Positions 17,628 to 28,339 of a stretch of 64,000 nucleotides of DNA are shown piece by piece. Both the position numbers and the translations under genes were made by a program. The notes beneath the pieces were generated by a model. The model was not told the DNA's origin. It worked only from the letters and a program-made list of their open reading frames with translations, and ran no database searches. Numbering within the stretch: the first letter of the stretch is position 1; each line of letters starts with the position of its first letter. The DNA is from an uncultured Gammaproteobacteria bacterium (lineage in GTDB: Bacteria; Pseudomonadota; Gammaproteobacteria; JACCXJ01): the NCBI GenBank assembly GCA_963764725.1, contig CAVXTM010000015.1, forward strand, positions 160,001 to 224,000, given 5' to 3'.

Positions 17628-19247
17628 TTACCGCAATAAGCGGCCCAGGCGTTGCCGTGGCCGCAGCGACTTGCGCCAGGTTCCTTCGGCCTGTTCCAGC
17701 GCGACCAGCGTGCGCCCGCTCATTTCCGCGGGCGGATCAAGGCCAAGAAGATAGAGCAGCGTTGGAGCGATATCGGCGAGCGTGCCGCTCCGTGCAAGCT
17801 CGGCGGGACGCCCGATATAGACCAGCGGTACCCGATTGCGGGTGTGAGCCGTGTACGGCTGTCCGCGCCGCATCTTGGTGGAAACCCCCCGCATCTTCTC
17901 GGCGTTACCGTGGTCGGCGGTGATGAGCATCTCCCCGCCAACGGCTTGAATCGCGGCCACGATGCGTCCGAGACAGGTGTCGATTGCTTCGATCGCCTTG
18001 ACCGTGGCCTCGAAGTTACCCGTGTGGCCGACCATGTCGGCATTCGCAAAATTGCAAACGATGACATCGTATTTCTTGCTATAAATCGCCTCGACCAGGC
18101 GATCCGTGATCGCGTCGGCGCTCATCTCAGGCTTGAGGTCGTAAGTCGCGACGTGGGGCGAGGGCACCAGGATGCGATCCTCACCCTCGAAGACACGCTC
18201 CTCGCCGCCGTTGAAAAAGTAGGTGACGTGGGCGTATTTTTCCGTCTCGGCGATGCGCAGTTGGGTGAGTCCTTGGTGGGCGAGGTATTCGCCCAAGACG
18301 TTGTGCAGGCGTTCCGGGGGATAGGCGCAGGGAATGTGAAAATCGGCGTGATAGCGGGTCAGGCTGACAAAGGCGCCGAGCGCCGGCATACGTGCGCGCG
18401 CGAAGCGGTCGAAATCGGGTTCGATAAATGCCCGGGTGAGCTGACGGGCGCGGTCGGCGCGGAAGTTCATGAACACCACGACATCGCCATCGGCCACCGT
18501 TACCGCTTCGCCGTTCGCGGGCACGATCGCCGTGGCCTGGACGAACTCGTCGGTCTCCCCGCGCGCGTAGGCCATGTCGAGGGCGATGAATGGGTCCGTG
18601 GATCGGTAGCGGGCGCGGCCGTGGGCGATGAGATCATAGGCTTCTCGGGTACGGCTCCAGCGGTGGTTGCGGTCCATGGCGAAATAGCGGCCGATGAGTG
18701 AGGCGATCCGTCCTGCGCCGGTCGCCGCAATCTTGACCTGTGCCTCGAGAATGGAGTCGGCGGCGCTTTTTGGGGGGCGGTCGCGCCCGTCCAAAAAGGC
18801 ATGCAGGTAGATCTGCGTTGCACCGCGCTTGGCCGCGAGATCGATCATGGCAAGGATGTGCGTCTCGTGGCTGTGAACGCCGCCGGGCGAGAGCAGACCC
18901 AAGATATGGATCGCGCGCCCGCTCCCCACGGCGCGGTCGACGGGAACGATCAGGTTCTCGTTGCGGAAGAAGGAACCGTCTTCGACGGCGCGGGTGATGC
19001 GCGTGAACTCCTGCAACACCAATCGTCCCGCGCCAAGGTGCATGTGCCCGACCTCGGAGTTTCCCATTTGATTGTCCGGCAGGCCGACATCTAGGCCCGA
19101 ACAACCGATAATTGTATGCGGGTACAATGCCCAGAGATCGTCCCAAACCGGCTTATGCGCGCTATGGATGGCATTGTATTCGGTAGTGTCGCTGTGGCCC
19201 CATCCGTCGAGGACGGTGAGGATTAGGGGGCGCGGGTTTAGGGCCAT
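17628..19247 (-). CDS. gpmI: 2,3-bisphosphoglycerate-independent phosphoglycerate mutase
   Basis: [39 protein letters not shown]. Confidence 0.97.
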   Translation of the reverse strand: MALNPRPLILTVLDGWGHSDTTEYNAIHSAHKPVWDDLWALYPHTIIGCSGLDVGLPDNQMGNSEVGHMHLGAGRLVLQEFTRITRAVEDGSFFRNENLIVPVDRAVGSGRAIHILGLLSPGGVHSHETHILAMIDLAAKRGATQIYLHAFLDGRDRPPKSAADSILEAQVKIAATGAGRIASLIGRYFAMDRNHRWSRTREAYDLIAHGRARYRSTDPFIALDMAYARGETDEFVQATAIVPANGEAVTVADGDVVVFMNFRADRARQLTRAFIEPDFDRFARARMPALGAFVSLTRYHADFHIPCAYPPERLHNVLGEYLAHQGLTQLRIAETEKYAHVTYFFNGGEERVFEGEDRILVPSPHVATYDLKPEMSADAITDRLVEAIYSKKYDVIVCNFANADMVGHTGNFEATVKAIEAIDTCLGRIVAAIQAVGGEMLITADHGNAEKMRGVSTKMRRGQPYTAHTRNRVPLVYIGRPAELARSGTLADIAPTLLYLLGLDPPAEMSGRTLVALEQAEGTWRKSLRPRQRLGRLLR

Positions 19248-19513
19248 GCGCGTGAGGTGAGGCGCGGCGGGTAGCTGCGGTGGCTGGACGGAACCGCATG
19301 GCTGGTAAACATTCGCGCGAGTGTATCATGATCCGGTGTCATGATTGCGTGGGATCCGAGGCGCGGGCGTTACGCGTGGCAGTGAGCATGGCCTTTTTAT
19401 CCGTGGCCTGGCAAAATTAGCCCATGCGCTGCGACGCTTGTACGGCGGTGCTCGAGCTGAGATCACGATGGCTGGCAACGCGACGTAGCGGCGAACGGGG
19501 TAGAGGAGATTAA

Positions 19514-19939
19514 ATGGAGCAACTTGGCGAATTCATAGTGAATCATTGGGTATTGTTTTCTGTGCTGGTGGTGAATATTTTGGCGCTGGCGCTGTATGTC
19601 GCGAAAGCATCCGCGGGCGGGGCGCCGCAACTGCCTCCGACCGAGGTGACTCGAATCGTAAATCATGAGGACGCGATCATTATCGACGTGCGTGATCAAG
19701 CGGCCTATGGCCGCGGGCATATCTTAGGCTCGCTGAGCCTCCCGCTCGCGGACCTGCCGAGCCGCGCGGGCACGCTGACGCTCGATCGCAAGAAACCGGT
19801 GATCCTCTGCTGCCAGGCCGGGAACACCTCCGTCGCCGCGGTGGAGCCTTTGACCAAGGCGGGATTCGAGCGCATCTACCGGCTCAAGGGCGGAATACTA
19901 GAATGGCAGCAGAGCAATTTACCGGTCACTAAAAGGTAG
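19514..19939 (+). CDS. Rhodanese-like membrane protein (YibN-like)
   Basis: N-terminal TM helix, IIDVR, GHILGS, LKGGILEW; upstream of secB. Confidence 0.9.
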   Translation: MEQLGEFIVNHWVLFSVLVVNILALALYVAKASAGGAPQLPPTEVTRIVNHEDAIIIDVRDQAAYGRGHILGSLSLPLADLPSRAGTLTLDRKKPVILCCQAGNTSVAAVEPLTKAGFERIYRLKGGILEWQQSNLPVTKR

Positions 19940-19962
19940 GTAGAGGAAAGCGAAGCAAAGCT

Positions 19963-20463
19963 ATGACAGGTGCCAACGGGGATCAGGACAACGCTACGCA
20001 AGCGCAGCCGCTGGCCGGCCAGTTGGCGATCCAAAAGATCTACGCTAAGGATATTTCCTTCGAAGCGCCGCAGTCCCCGCGCGCTTTTCTGCAGAAATTG
20101 AATCCGACCATCGACGTCCAGCTCAATAATCAAGCTACACGTCTCGATGAGGAGGTCCACGAGGTGGTGTTGACCGTGACCGTCACCGTGCGCAGCGAGG
20201 ATAAGCCGCTATATGTGGTCGAGTTACAACAAGCGGGGATCTTTACGATCGCGGGCTTTCCTCCGGAGCACCTGGGGACGATCCTGGCGACGGCCTGTCC
20301 CAATATACTGTTTCCGTACGCCCGCGAGGCGGTATCCGACTTAGTGATCCGCGGGGGGTATCCGCCGCTCCTGCTCGCCCCGGTTAACTTTGATGCGCTG
20401 TATGCGCAGGAGCTCAAGCGCCGCCAGCAGAGGGTGCCGTCCCAGGCGGAGCAAGCGCATTAG
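19963..20463 (+). CDS. secB: Protein-export chaperone SecB
   Basis: IQKIYAKDISFEAP, CPNILFPYARE, PVNFDALY. Confidence 0.97.
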   Translation: MTGANGDQDNATQAQPLAGQLAIQKIYAKDISFEAPQSPRAFLQKLNPTIDVQLNNQATRLDEEVHEVVLTVTVTVRSEDKPLYVVELQQAGIFTIAGFPPEHLGTILATACPNILFPYAREAVSDLVIRGGYPPLLLAPVNFDALYAQELKRRQQRVPSQAEQAH

Positions 20464-20494
20464 GAAGCGGTTTTAACCGCGTTCGCAACCGGCG

Positions 20495-21520
20495 TTGGAT
20501 CCTTTCCTTGCGGCAAACACAACGGCGCCTATTCTCGTGATGGGCGCCGGTTCCTGGGGCACGGCGCTTGCCGTTCTTTTGGCGCGCAACGGGCAGCCGA
20601 CCTTCCTGTGGGGGCATGATCCGGCGCACATCGCCTCGCTGCGCGAGACGCGCCGCAACACTCGCTTCCTTCCTGGCATCGTCCTACCAGGAGCGGTTAT
20701 GCCGATTACGCATCTCCCGCCGGTTAGCATACGGGATGTCATTATCGCGGTGCCCGTGAATGCGTTGCGGGAGGTCACGCGTGACGTTCTGATTGAGGTT
20801 TCGGGACCCTTGCGCATCGCGTTGGCATGCAAGGGCATCGAAGCGAGCACCCACAAGCTAGGGCACGAAACCGTCGAGGAGGTGCTCGGGATGAACACGG
20901 TCACCGCCCTGGTCTCCGGACCGAGCTTTGCGGCGGAAGTTGCCGCGGGTCTGCCGACCGCGTTGACCGTGGCCTCGCGTAACGAGCCTTTCGCGCGCGA
21001 TCTGGTCAAGCGTTTACACAACCGGAGCTTTAGGGCGTACATCAGCGATGACCTCACCGGGGTCGCCATCGGCGGGGCCGTTAAGAATGTCCTGGCCATC
21101 GCGGCGGGCGTCGGGGATGGCCTCGGATTCGGCGCCAATACGCGCGCGGCGCTGATTACCCGGGGGCTTGCCGAGATGGTGCGCTTGGGTTTGGCCTTGG
21201 GGGGCCAGCGGGCTACGCTCACGGGTCTCGCCGGCATCGGTGATTTGGTGCTAACTTGTACCGATGATCAGTCGCGCAACCGGAGGCTCGGCCTCATGCT
21301 CGGGCGGGGCGTGAGCCTGCCCGAGGCGGTACGCCGCATCGGGCAGGTCGTGGAAGGCGTCCGAACGGCCTACGAGGTATTGTCCTTGGCGCGAAAACAC
21401 GTCATCGAAATGCCGATCACCGAGCAGGTCGTGCGCGTTGTGGCTGGTGACTGTGAGCCCCGCGAGGCAGTGCAGACATTGCTCGCGCGCGAGCCGCGCC
21501 AGGAGATCGAGGGCAGCTAG
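20495..21520 (+). CDS. gpsA: NAD(P)H-dependent glycerol-3-phosphate dehydrogenase (start uncertain)
   Basis: GAGSWGTALA, SGPSFAAEV, GAVKNVLAIA, GDLVLTCT..SRNR. Confidence 0.96.
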   Translation: MDPFLAANTTAPILVMGAGSWGTALAVLLARNGQPTFLWGHDPAHIASLRETRRNTRFLPGIVLPGAVMPITHLPPVSIRDVIIAVPVNALREVTRDVLIEVSGPLRIALACKGIEASTHKLGHETVEEVLGMNTVTALVSGPSFAAEVAAGLPTALTVASRNEPFARDLVKRLHNRSFRAYISDDLTGVAIGGAVKNVLAIAAGVGDGLGFGANTRAALITRGLAEMVRLGLALGGQRATLTGLAGIGDLVLTCTDDQSRNRRLGLMLGRGVSLPEAVRRIGQVVEGVRTAYEVLSLARKHVIEMPITEQVVRVVAGDCEPREAVQTLLAREPRQEIEGS

Positions 21521-21541
21521 ACTATCGGGCACATTGGTCAT

Positions 21542-22030
21542 TTAAAGAGCAGCTTGCGTTGCCAGTGAGCCCGCACCATGAAAACCCTGCTGCCGCCAGG
21601 CTTCGTAAACAATGACGGCCACAGCATTCGATAAGTTCAGGCTGCGGCATCCGGCCCGCATCGGAACGCGGAGGATGTTCTCGCGACCGAGTCGCTCAAG
21701 GAGGTGCGGTGGTAGCCCCCGCGTCTCGGGACCGAACAGGAATGCGTCTTCGGGCTGGAAAGCGATGTCCGTATAACACCCTCGCCCTTTGGTTGAGAAC
21801 CCGAATACCCGTAGCGGTTGCACGTGCGCCATAAACGCCCCGATCTCGGTATGGACAGCGATCCCCGTCAGTTCGTGATAATCGAGGCCTGCGCGCCGCA
21901 GGCGCCTATCCTGGAGCGAGAATCCTAATGGCTCGATAAGATGCAGGCGCGCCCCGGTATTCGCGCACAGACGTATAATATTGCCCGTGTTCGGCGGGAT
22001 TTCCGGCTGATAGAGAACAACATGAAACAA
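21542..22030 (-). CDS. trmL: tRNA (cytidine/uridine-34-2'-O)-methyltransferase
   Basis: FHVVLYQPEIPPNTGNIIR, RRAGLDY, FGPETRGL, RSLNLSN; likely TTG start at 22030. Confidence 0.95.
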   Translation of the reverse strand: MFHVVLYQPEIPPNTGNIIRLCANTGARLHLIEPLGFSLQDRRLRRAGLDYHELTGIAVHTEIGAFMAHVQPLRVFGFSTKGRGCYTDIAFQPEDAFLFGPETRGLPPHLLERLGRENILRVPMRAGCRSLNLSNAVAVIVYEAWRQQGFHGAGSLATQAAL

Positions 22031-22038
22031 GGTGGCTG

Positions 22039-23007
22039 ATGGCTGCACGCGAACAAGACATGCTGGCCGTCGATTTCCGCGGCCTGCCGTTCACGACCCC
22101 GTTGGTGTTGTTGTCAGGTTGCGTGGGCTTCGGCGAAGAATACACGCGCGTCACCGGATTTTCCAACCGCGATGCAGGGGCGATCTGCTTGAAGGGGACG
22201 ACGCTCGAGGCGAGACTCGGGAACCCCCCGCACCGGATCGCCGAGACGCCGGGCGGCATGCTGAACGCGATCGGCTTACAGAACCCCGGTGCCCGGGCGG
22301 TGGTCGACGCCATTTTGCCGCGCTTGAATTTTGAGGAGACGCGCTTCATCGCCAACGTGTCCGGCTCGACAATCGAAGAATACCGGGAGGTGACCCGGAT
22401 TTTCGATGATTCCCCCATCGATGCCATCGAGATCAATATTTCTTGTCCCAACGTCAAGGAAGGCGGTGTCGCCTTCGGGAACGATGCCCATATGTCTGCG
22501 CGCGTCGTGGCGGCCTGCCGGGCGGTCACGCGCAAGCCTCTGATCACGAAACTCTCGCCGAACCAGGCCGAAATCGCCGAAAACGCGCGCCGCTGCATTG
22601 AGGCGGGATCGGATGCCTTGGCGGTTATCAATACCCTCATGGGGATGGCGGTGAACATCGAGACCCGCCGCCCGGTGATCGGCAATAACCAGGGAGGATT
22701 GTCGGGACCGGCCATCAAACCCATCGCGTTGCTGAAGGTACATGAGGTCTACCAAGTGTGCAGACCACACGGCATTCCGATCATCGGGCAGGGCGGGATC
22801 ACGAACGCCGCCGATGCCATCGAGTTCTTGATCGCGGGCGCGACGGCGGTCGGGATCGGGACGGCCCTGTTCTACGATCCGCTCATCTGCTCGAAGATCA
22901 ACCGCGGGATCATGGAATACCTCAAACGCCACCGCGTGCGCTCGGTTTCGGACTTGGTTGGGACACTGGAGCCCCACGCCACGGCGTCGGCGGTGTGCAC
23001 GGGCTAA
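22039..23007 (+). CDS. pyrD: Dihydroorotate dehydrogenase, class 1B-type catalytic subunit
   Basis: GMLNAIGLQNPG, EINISCPNV, KLSPN, GGLSGPAIKP; no membrane anchor. Confidence 0.93.
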   Translation: MAAREQDMLAVDFRGLPFTTPLVLLSGCVGFGEEYTRVTGFSNRDAGAICLKGTTLEARLGNPPHRIAETPGGMLNAIGLQNPGARAVVDAILPRLNFEETRFIANVSGSTIEEYREVTRIFDDSPIDAIEINISCPNVKEGGVAFGNDAHMSARVVAACRAVTRKPLITKLSPNQAEIAENARRCIEAGSDALAVINTLMGMAVNIETRRPVIGNNQGGLSGPAIKPIALLKVHEVYQVCRPHGIPIIGQGGITNAADAIEFLIAGATAVGIGTALFYDPLICSKINRGIMEYLKRHRVRSVSDLVGTLEPHATASAVCTG

Positions 23008-23132
23008 GCGTGGATGCGGCGGCCCAGTGCTTTCCGCTAAGCAGTTGGCACCTAACGCCAATGCCAGGGGGAGCTTTGCGCGACTATTTCCCAGCGCTTG
23101 GTATATTTTGGCCTTCGTTTCCTAAGTTGGCG

Positions 23133-23360
23133 TCATGCTGGCTGTCGTCGATTGTCTAAGGTATAGAGCGCATCCAAGACGCAGTGCTTGCACACATCGC
23201 CGTCATTCCACATCCCGTTAATTCCAGCAACGACCTCAACCGATAGGCGCACATCCGCGTGCTCAATAACTGTTGCTAAACGGCGACCATTTTGTACTCT
23301 GCTAAGGGTAAGGCCCGGTGTAATTTCGTTTTCACACAAATCACAGTGTCGTTTAATCAT
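23133..23360 (-). CDS. Small hypothetical protein with two CxxC pairs
   Basis: CDLC near the N-terminus and CKHC near the C-terminus; purine-rich RBS (agagaggga) upstream. Confidence 0.65.
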   Translation of the reverse strand: MIKRHCDLCENEITPGLTLSRVQNGRRLATVIEHADVRLSVEVVAGINGMWNDGDVCKHCVLDALYTLDNRRQPA

Positions 23361-23699
23361 CGTTCCCTCTCTGATTTCGATAAGCCCTCATGTAACTTTG
23401 CTTGCGTTCGCGTATGTAATCAACCTCCTCCGCCGTGCGTTTGCGGTTGCGATACCGTGCGTCGTAGTGCCGTCTCCGTTCGGGCAGTAATACCTCGAAT
23501 CACCGCATCCATCTTCCGGAAGGCAACATCGCTGCCATGCTTCAACTCCAGGCGTACACCCGTCAGGAACGGTTGCAATTCTTCTGCTTGTGGATGAACC
23601 CATGCTCATACTATCTACGGCGACCGAGGGCGTGGCGTGACCGCTGCCGCCAGCCCACCTACTCGCTACCCGCCAGCGCGATACAGCGATGCCTTCGGC

Positions 23700-24035
23700 T
23701 TAACGGGTACTTGCCTGTGACCGATCCTTACGCAAGCGCTTCAAAAACACGCGCATTTCCTTCGCGGCTTGAATATCGCCGCGGTTCTCGGCGAGGACGA
23801 TACCTTGTTCATAGGCCTGGATGGCCTCATTGGTCAGGCCTTGTTCCGCGAGCACTCTTCCATAAAGCTTCCAAGCTGCGGAATAGCCGGGAGCGAGCGC
23901 GATGGCTTGGCGCAGGTGTTCCGCTGAGGCCGCAGGCTGGCCGCATTTATAGTGCTCGTTGGCGAGGCTGAAGCGTAAGGTCGCATCGTCGCGGCCGCGC
24001 CGCAGGAGTTCCTCGAACTGAGCGATGCGGTTCAC
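23700..24035 (-). CDS. Tetratricopeptide-repeat protein
   Basis: LRFSLA, YSAAWKLYG, GDIQAAKEMRVFLKRL; GTG start at 24035. Confidence 0.88.
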   Translation of the reverse strand: MNRIAQFEELLRRGRDDATLRFSLANEHYKCGQPAASAEHLRQAIALAPGYSAAWKLYGRVLAEQGLTNEAIQAYEQGIVLAENRGDIQAAKEMRVFLKRLRKDRSQASTR

Positions 24036-24051
24036 GCTGCGGCGCCGGCCC

Positions 24052-25422
24052 TTAATTCGCAGACTCGCCGGGGGTCTGTCTCGGATCGATGCCGAGCGCC
24101 CGTAATTTGCGGTAAAGATGGGTGCGCTCGAGTCCCACACGGTCCGCGATCCGGCTGATGCTCCCGCCGGCGCGCTGGAGCTGATACTCAAAATAGGCCT
24201 TTTCAAACTGCTCGCGCGCTTCCCGTAATGGGCGGTCAAACCCGGGCAAGGGTTCGGTCAAGCTCTCCGCGGTGCGGATCCCGAGCGCGGCTTCGATCTC
24301 GAAGCCTTCCACCGTCTCCCCGCTACCCAAGATCAGCAGCCGTTGCACCAGGTTTTTCAGTTCCCTGACGTTACCGGGCCAGCCGTAGGCGCGAAGCTGT
24401 TTCTGGGCCGCGGGTGTGAAACGCCGCCGCGGTAATCCTTCTTGGGCAGCGAACAGTTCGCAATAAAAGGCCAACAATTCCGAGATATCCTCCGCGTGCT
24501 CCCGCAAGGGGGGGAGGTGGAGCGGGACCACATTGAGATGATAGTAGAGATCGTCGCGAAAGCGTCCGGCCCGAACGTATTCCATGAGGTCGTAGCGCGT
24601 CGCAGCGACGATGCGGACATCGATACTGACCGGGTCGCGCCCGCCTACGCGGAGAAACTTTTGATACTCTAAGGCGCTGAGCAGCCGGGCTTGGAGACCG
24701 AGCTCGAGGTCGGCGATGTCCTTAAGAAACAAGGTTCCCCCGTTGGCTTTCTCCAGGGAGCCGAAGTGCACATTCCCCTTTTCCTCGCTGCCGAAAAGTT
24801 CCGCAGCCGGGTTTTCCACCGCCAGTCCCGCGACGGCGACGCTCACGAAGGGCGCCTGTGCACGCGGGCTGTGATTATGAAGATAGCGGGCGAATACCTC
24901 CTTGCCCGTTCCGGGCTCTCCACGCATAAATACCGCGGTATGATGCGAGGCGATGCGCTTAACTTGATCTCGCAGCCGGATGAATGCGGGGCTGCCGCCC
25001 ACGGGCTCCGGGGTTGCCTGGCTTCTGAGGTTGATGTTCTCACGAGTGAGCGCCGCGGCCTCCAAGGCGCGTTTGATCGTGAGCAACAGCTTGGCCATCG
25101 ACAGCGGTTTCTCGATGAAGTCGTAGGCCCCGAGGCGCGTTGCTTCGACCGCCGTCTCGACGCTCCCGTGTCCTGACATCATGATCACCGGGATGTCGAG
25201 CGGGGCACCCTCGGACCATTCCTTGAGCAAGGTGATGCCGTCACAGTCCGGCATCCAGATATCGAGCAATACGAGGTCCGGCCTCCGGGCCCGGCGCGAC
25301 TCGCGCGCGCGCTCGGCGTTGTCGGCGAGCGAGACCTCGTAGCCCTCGTCTTCCAGGATCTCGCCCAGGAGCGCGCGGATATCGGGTTCGTCATCGACGA
25401 CCAAGAGATGCGGGGCGCTCAT
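24052..25422 (-). CDS. ntrX: NtrX-like response regulator (REC-AAA+-Fis HTH)
   Basis: LVVDDEPDIR, LLDIWMPD, GEPGTGKE, WPGNVRELKN, ERTHLYRKL; lacks GAFTGA as is typical of NtrX. Confidence 0.9.
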   Translation of the reverse strand: MSAPHLLVVDDEPDIRALLGEILEDEGYEVSLADNAERARESRRARRPDLVLLDIWMPDCDGITLLKEWSEGAPLDIPVIMMSGHGSVETAVEATRLGAYDFIEKPLSMAKLLLTIKRALEAAALTRENINLRSQATPEPVGGSPAFIRLRDQVKRIASHHTAVFMRGEPGTGKEVFARYLHNHSPRAQAPFVSVAVAGLAVENPAAELFGSEEKGNVHFGSLEKANGGTLFLKDIADLELGLQARLLSALEYQKFLRVGGRDPVSIDVRIVAATRYDLMEYVRAGRFRDDLYYHLNVVPLHLPPLREHAEDISELLAFYCELFAAQEGLPRRRFTPAAQKQLRAYGWPGNVRELKNLVQRLLILGSGETVEGFEIEAALGIRTAESLTEPLPGFDRPLREAREQFEKAYFEYQLQRAGGSISRIADRVGLERTHLYRKLRALGIDPRQTPGESAN

Positions 25423-27695
25423 AGCGCTCGCGCTGTGCGGGCGGGGGACTCGGCGCCCGCCGTCACGGGCAGCCGGATCACGGCACAGGCGCCTGCGGCC
25501 GGTAAGTTTTCGACCCAGACGATACCCCCGTGCTCCTCGACGATTTTTTTTACGATGGCCAGCCCAAGACCGGTGCCCTTGGGTTTATTGGTCATGTACG
25601 GCTCAAACAGGTTTCCCAGCAATTCCTTCGGGACGCCCGGGCCGCGGTCGGCGATGCGTAGCTCGACGAACCGGTGGCTCGCATCCTCGACACTGCGCGT
25701 GCTAACGGTGATGAAGGGGGGGGCGGACTGGCCTTCACTCGCTTCCAAGGCGTTCTTGATAAGATTGTTCAAAACCTGGCGCAGGCGTCCGGGATCGGCG
25801 TGGGTCACGGGCAGCTCGGGATCGAAATCGGCCGCGAATACGGCGTCGCGATCGACGTTTTGATAGAGATCCAGTATTTCTTGGATTAATTCATTGAGAC
25901 GGCACGCTTTCGGCTGCATCTGGGGGGTGCGGGCATACTCCGAGAACGTATTGACCATATTCTTCATGGTTTCGACCTGCTGCACGATCGTATGGGTGAG
26001 CCGATCGAGTACCTCAGCTTCTTTCGGCGCTAGCGTGCCGAGATATTTTTGCCGCAGGCGTTCCGCGGACAACTGGATCGGCGTTAAGGGGTTTTTGATC
26101 TCGTGCGCTAGACGGCGCGCGACTTCGCCCCAGGCTGCGTCCCGTTGTCCCTGCAGCAGGGCGGTAATGTCATCAAACACTATCACGTGTCCCCGTACCC
26201 GCGCGCTCGCGCCCGCTAATGTCGTACCGCGGCACATCAGCACCTGGCGCCCACTGGTCCCGAACAACTGCACTTGCTCGCGCCAGTCCGAATGCGGCGC
26301 ATCGGGGGCATTGCGCAGCGCGTCGCCGAAGGGCTGCAAATAGCGGAAGGCGGCACAAATTCTGCCTACGCTTTGGCCAAGGAGCGGCACAAGCTCGACG
26401 CCGAGGATCTTACTCGCGGCTGCATTCGCGGTCCGCAGGCTCAGATTGGGATCCAGGGTCAATACGCCCGAGGACAGGCGCCCCAAGACGGCCTCCAAAT
26501 AGGAGCGCTGCGCCTCGACCTGATCCTGGCTGCGCTTGGCCTCATCGCGCGCCAATGCGATCTTGCGGGTCATCTCGTTGAACGATTCGACCAGAAATCC
26601 CAATTCGTCCTGGCTCGACGCGTGTAACTCCCGCCCGTAATCGCCCTCGGCGATTGCCCGGGTTCCAGCCGCGAGATCCTGGATCGGGGCGACCATGCGG
26701 TTGGCGGAATAAAACGCAGCCCAAACCGCGCCCAGGATGCTGAACAACAATACCAAGGTCAAGGTCATTACGAAACTAAGTTTCAGTTGGTCCCGCAGAT
26801 AGGACAGTTCGCGATACTGGAGGTACGCCGAATGCACATTATCGGCGAGCTTATTCGTGCGGCTTGCCACCGGATAGAGCGCCTGCAATAAACCGGGATC
26901 ACCGGCGGCCCCGATCTCCGGCACATTGACGACGACGCGCACAGCGAGCGCGGCGTCGCGAATCGCGTCCAGTCCAACATAACTCCTTCCTTGGCGCAGT
27001 TGCAGCAAAATTTCCTCGCTCGGCAGGTTGGGCACGACCTCGTGGGCACCACTGCTGGAGGCGATAATACCTCCCTTGCGGGTCAGTAACAGCAACTCGT
27101 CTGCGCCGCTTTTCGCCCGTAGCTCGTCGAGATTCATAGGTAAGGCCGGATCGGCCACCACGGTGCTGCTCGGATCCCTGAGCGCCGTGAGATCGAGCGG
27201 CGTGACGGAGATCGGACCCTCCATTAGCTCATAGGTCAACTGTTCCGTCTGCTTCAGAAGCTTGCGTGTCTGCTGGTCGAGGGCGCCGCGGCTCAGATCG
27301 AGCGCGTCTTTCAAAGCCCGGGCCACGCGCACATCGAACCAGCTATCAATGCCACGGCCGAGAAAATCGATGGAAAACCCATAGACGACGAGCAGTGGGC
27401 TCACCGCCAGAGCGACGAAGAGGCTTAGCATGCGCCGGCGCAGCCGGGCGCCGGGCCGGCGCGCGCGCAGATCGCGGTATAGCTGACGGACGTTGAGGGC
27501 TATGAGCACGAGGAAGGTGATGAGCCCAAGGGCATTCACAGCCAAGAGCACCGAATACAACTGGCCGAAACGCTGCGAGCCCTGAGTGGCATTGCTCATC
27601 ATTAACAGAGACGCCAAGAGGACCAGGCTCAATGCGCCGATAGGCAAAAGGATCCGGCGTGCCCGCTTCATACCGTTAAGCTCCATTCGAACCAA
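25419..27695 (-). CDS. ntrY: NtrY-like HAMP/PAS sensor histidine kinase
   Basis: AWGEVARRLAHEIKNPLTPIQLSAERL, NLIKNA, GTGLGLAIV. Confidence 0.92.
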   Translation of the reverse strand: MVRMELNGMKRARRILLPIGALSLVLLASLLMMSNATQGSQRFGQLYSVLLAVNALGLITFLVLIALNVRQLYRDLRARRPGARLRRRMLSLFVALAVSPLLVVYGFSIDFLGRGIDSWFDVRVARALKDALDLSRGALDQQTRKLLKQTEQLTYELMEGPISVTPLDLTALRDPSSTVVADPALPMNLDELRAKSGADELLLLTRKGGIIASSSGAHEVVPNLPSEEILLQLRQGRSYVGLDAIRDAALAVRVVVNVPEIGAAGDPGLLQALYPVASRTNKLADNVHSAYLQYRELSYLRDQLKLSFVMTLTLVLLFSILGAVWAAFYSANRMVAPIQDLAAGTRAIAEGDYGRELHASSQDELGFLVESFNEMTRKIALARDEAKRSQDQVEAQRSYLEAVLGRLSSGVLTLDPNLSLRTANAAASKILGVELVPLLGQSVGRICAAFRYLQPFGDALRNAPDAPHSDWREQVQLFGTSGRQVLMCRGTTLAGASARVRGHVIVFDDITALLQGQRDAAWGEVARRLAHEIKNPLTPIQLSAERLRQKYLGTLAPKEAEVLDRLTHTIVQQVETMKNMVNTFSEYARTPQMQPKACRLNELIQEILDLYQNVDRDAVFAADFDPELPVTHADPGRLRQVLNNLIKNALEASEGQSAPPFITVSTRSVEDASHRFVELRIADRGPGVPKELLGNLFEPYMTNKPKGTGLGLAIVKKIVEEHGGIVWVENLPAAGACAVIRLPVTAGAESPARTARAL

Positions 27696-28339
27696 GCGCT
27701 GCTCAGACGCCAGCCCGAAGAGAAGTAGGCGATGAGGCTCACCGGCGCCGGAAGCGATTCTATATCCAAGCTCGCCCGGACCCGAGCGTGATACACACGC
27801 CCCGGGCTTAGCCAGCGGCGTTCGAGGATCGGGACACCGCGGATCTTTCCGAGCCCCGCGCGAGCATCCGCTAAGGAGGTAAAACTCTGCCGATCACCGG
27901 TGATGAGATTAACGATGACATAGGTCTTGCTTAGCGCGTGATGTTCAAGCCGGTAACCCTGCTTGACGGTGGCGATGCGCTCGTCCCAGAGGAATCCGCG
28001 CTCGCGCCGCAGCTGGGTCTCGATCAGGAGCTCGAGCGCCACCCCGTTGTCCAGCGCTTCCAGAGACTCTTTACCGAGCTTGAATCCGAGATTGGCGTCC
28101 AGCAAGTAAAAGCCGTTGACCAATCGCAGCGCCGCAGATTTGATTATGATCCCGGCAGCCGAGGCCGGCGCCGCCGCGAGCATCAACAGCAGCGCCATGC
28201 CGGCTAGAGCGCCGCGCCTCGGCAGCGGCTTAGAGTTTGTGAAGACGAAGGGAGGTCGCGTTCCGCCGCGCAACTGCAATACATGAGGATTCCGAGCACC
28301 GCCGGAACGCAACATCCCGAGCGTAGAAGGTTTTTTCAC
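27668..28339 (-). CDS. DUF4390 family exported protein (start uncertain: 28339, 28315 or 28198)
   Basis: ALDNGVAL, LDIESLPAP, W..SS.W motifs; rsmB-DUF4390-ntrYX order. Confidence 0.85.
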   Translation of the reverse strand: MKKPSTLGMLRSGGARNPHVLQLRGGTRPPFVFTNSKPLPRRGALAGMALLLMLAAAPASAAGIIIKSAALRLVNGFYLLDANLGFKLGKESLEALDNGVALELLIETQLRRERGFLWDERIATVKQGYRLEHHALSKTYVIVNLITGDRQSFTSLADARAGLGKIRGVPILERRWLSPGRVYHARVRASLDIESLPAPVSLIAYFSSGWRLSSAWFEWSLTV

